Assembly: GCA_030655135.1 (NCBI GenBank)
Contig: JAURWC010000042.1
Location: 128,553 to 192,552, forward strand
Reading direction: 5' to 3'
DNA: 64,000 nt
Origin: Hyphomicrobiaceae bacterium
GTDB taxonomy: Bacteria > Pseudomonadota > Alphaproteobacteria > Rhizobiales > Hyphomicrobiaceae
Position numbers and translations under genes: made by a program
In this document: positions 62,965 to 64,000 of the stretch, piece by piece
Layout of the letters: each line of letters begins with the position of its first letter
Position numbering within the stretch: position 1 is the stretch's first letter
The notes under the pieces: generated by a model
The model's input: the letters and a program-made list of their open reading frames with translations, nothing else
What the model was told of the DNA's origin: nothing
Database searches by the model: none

Positions 62965-64000
62965 TGGATGCGGCGATTCACAACGATTTGACGATGATCG
63001 ATATCGATGCTGTCGTCGTTGGAGCTGGCCAAGCCGGTGTTTGCTTAAGTTATTTCCTTACGAAAAAAGCTGTTCGGCACGTTGTACTAGAACGTGATCG
63101 AGCGTTCAGCGCTTGGCACAATCGCTGGGATGGCTTTCGCGCCAATACACCCAACTGGTTGAACACCTTACCTATGGGACAAAAGTTTCCCGTACAGGAG
63201 CGAAACCCGGATGGTTTTGCTACCCGCGAGGAGCTGACGGCCTACTTCTCGTCGTGTCTTGAACAGGCTTCGCTGCCGCTATCGGAAAACTGTGACGTTC
63301 AAGCCATTGAGCAGCTCCTCGACGGACGGTGGCTTGTAACGACTGCCGCCGCTTTGTATCGGACGCCGAACGTAGGGCTATGCACCGGCGCAATGGCAGA
63401 GCCGCGCCTGCCGGCATGCGCTTCCGCGCTGACTGACGTACATCAGCTGCATTCTTCGCGCTTTCGATCGCCCAGCCAAATCAAAACCGAAACGGTACTC
63501 GTGGTTGGGTCAGCCAGCAGCGGCATGCAAATCACCGAGATTCTCGCGGGCTCTGGGCGCTTCAAGGCTGTGCATCTCGCGACCAGTAACGTCCTTGTCC
63601 TGCCCGAGCGCGTTTTAGGAATCCAGATCCACCGGCTGCTTCATATGACGGGTCTTTTGGATCTGCGAACCCGTTCCCTGCTCGGGCGAATGATGTATGC
63701 GACCCTCGAAACGAGAGGTGACCCAATCAGGCACCCTACTCCAACCGACTTGGCCAAGAGATACGGCGTCATACTACATGGCAAGTTGGTGGCAGCCGAC
63801 GCAGGACGCGTCGATTTTAGCGGCAACGAAAGTTTGTCGACTGATAGCCTTACTGTGCTGTGGTGCACGGGCCTTCAACCCAATTACGATATAGTCCGAC
63901 TATCACATCCCGGACCCTTGCTGGACCGACATCAACTGCCAATCCATGAGCGTGGGATCGCGAAGCAGGCTCCAGGGCTCTATTTCGTTGGATTGCGATA
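62964..64000 (+). CDS. FAD/NAD(P)-binding flavin monooxygenase-like oxidoreductase (COG2072-type), 3' end outside window
   Basis: Not in the ORF track because the frame stays open to the window end. VVVGAGQAGV (FAD GxGxxG), VLVVGSASSGMQI (second dinucleotide site), ...LWCTGLQPNY..., ...PGLYFVGL. Confidence 0.75.
   Translation, partial: MDAAIHNDLTMIDIDAVVVGAGQAGVCLSYFLTKKAVRHVVLERDRAFSAWHNRWDGFRANTPNWLNTLPMGQKFPVQERNPDGFATREELTAYFSSCLEQASLPLSENCDVQAIEQLLDGRWLVTTAAALYRTPNVGLCTGAMAEPRLPACASALTDVHQLHSSRFRSPSQIKTETVLVVGSASSGMQITEILAGSGRFKAVHLATSNVLVLPERVLGIQIHRLLHMTGLLDLRTRSLLGRMMYATLETRGDPIRHPTPTDLAKRYGVILHGKLVAADAGRVDFSGNESLSTDSLTVLWCTGLQPNYDIVRLSHPGPLLDRHQLPIHERGIAKQAPGLYFVGLR

Overview
High-GC (about 62-64% by eye) alphaproteobacterial chromosome segment, Hyphomicrobiales/Rhizobiales-like by gene order. 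It is almost entirely core housekeeping genes. Order of features: lptD (3' part)-surA-pdxA-rsmA; gmk-yicC-mltG and fabF-acpP-fabG-fabD (minus strand); a VapC/Phd-type toxin-antitoxin pair; rpsF-rpsR-membrane protein-rplI; an ABM monooxygenase and a small unknown; a 906-aa DUF2339 membrane protein; an esterase plus a lone FtsX-type permease; DUF1467-mce-rnj-birA; the full 14-subunit complex I operon nuoA-N (minus strand, 24.4-42.0 kb); tRNA-Asp, czcD, DUF1993, tRNA-Val, a methyltransferase; hupB-lon-clpX-clpP-tig; tRNA-Leu; an RND/MFP efflux pair; opgD, pirin, sseA; tRNA-Lys; and a lower-GC segment running to the window end (small unknown, stand-alone FtsH-peptidase-like HExxH protein, flavin monooxygenase). 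I found no rRNA, CRISPR array, transposase or integrase ORF. I do not see a complete, obviously novel multi-gene defence-type system. The most unusual content is inside the nuo operon. Three extra genes are joined to nuoC/nuoD by ATGA overlaps. A small membrane protein sits between nuoD and nuoE. NuoE carries a roughly 210-aa C-terminal extension. The 472-bp nuoI-nuoJ spacer holds a roughly 165-bp inverted-repeat, G-quadruplex-motif element that recurs between nuoN and birA. Other points of interest are an RGG-repeat tail on ribosomal protein S6 encoded by a 24-bp tandem repeat, and the tRNA-Lys-adjacent low-GC segment. ORF-track starts were often trimmed to internal ATGs that fit family N-termini, SD sequences or neighbouring stop codons. 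Hairpin, repeat and tRNA coordinates were read by eye and may be off by 1-2 nt.
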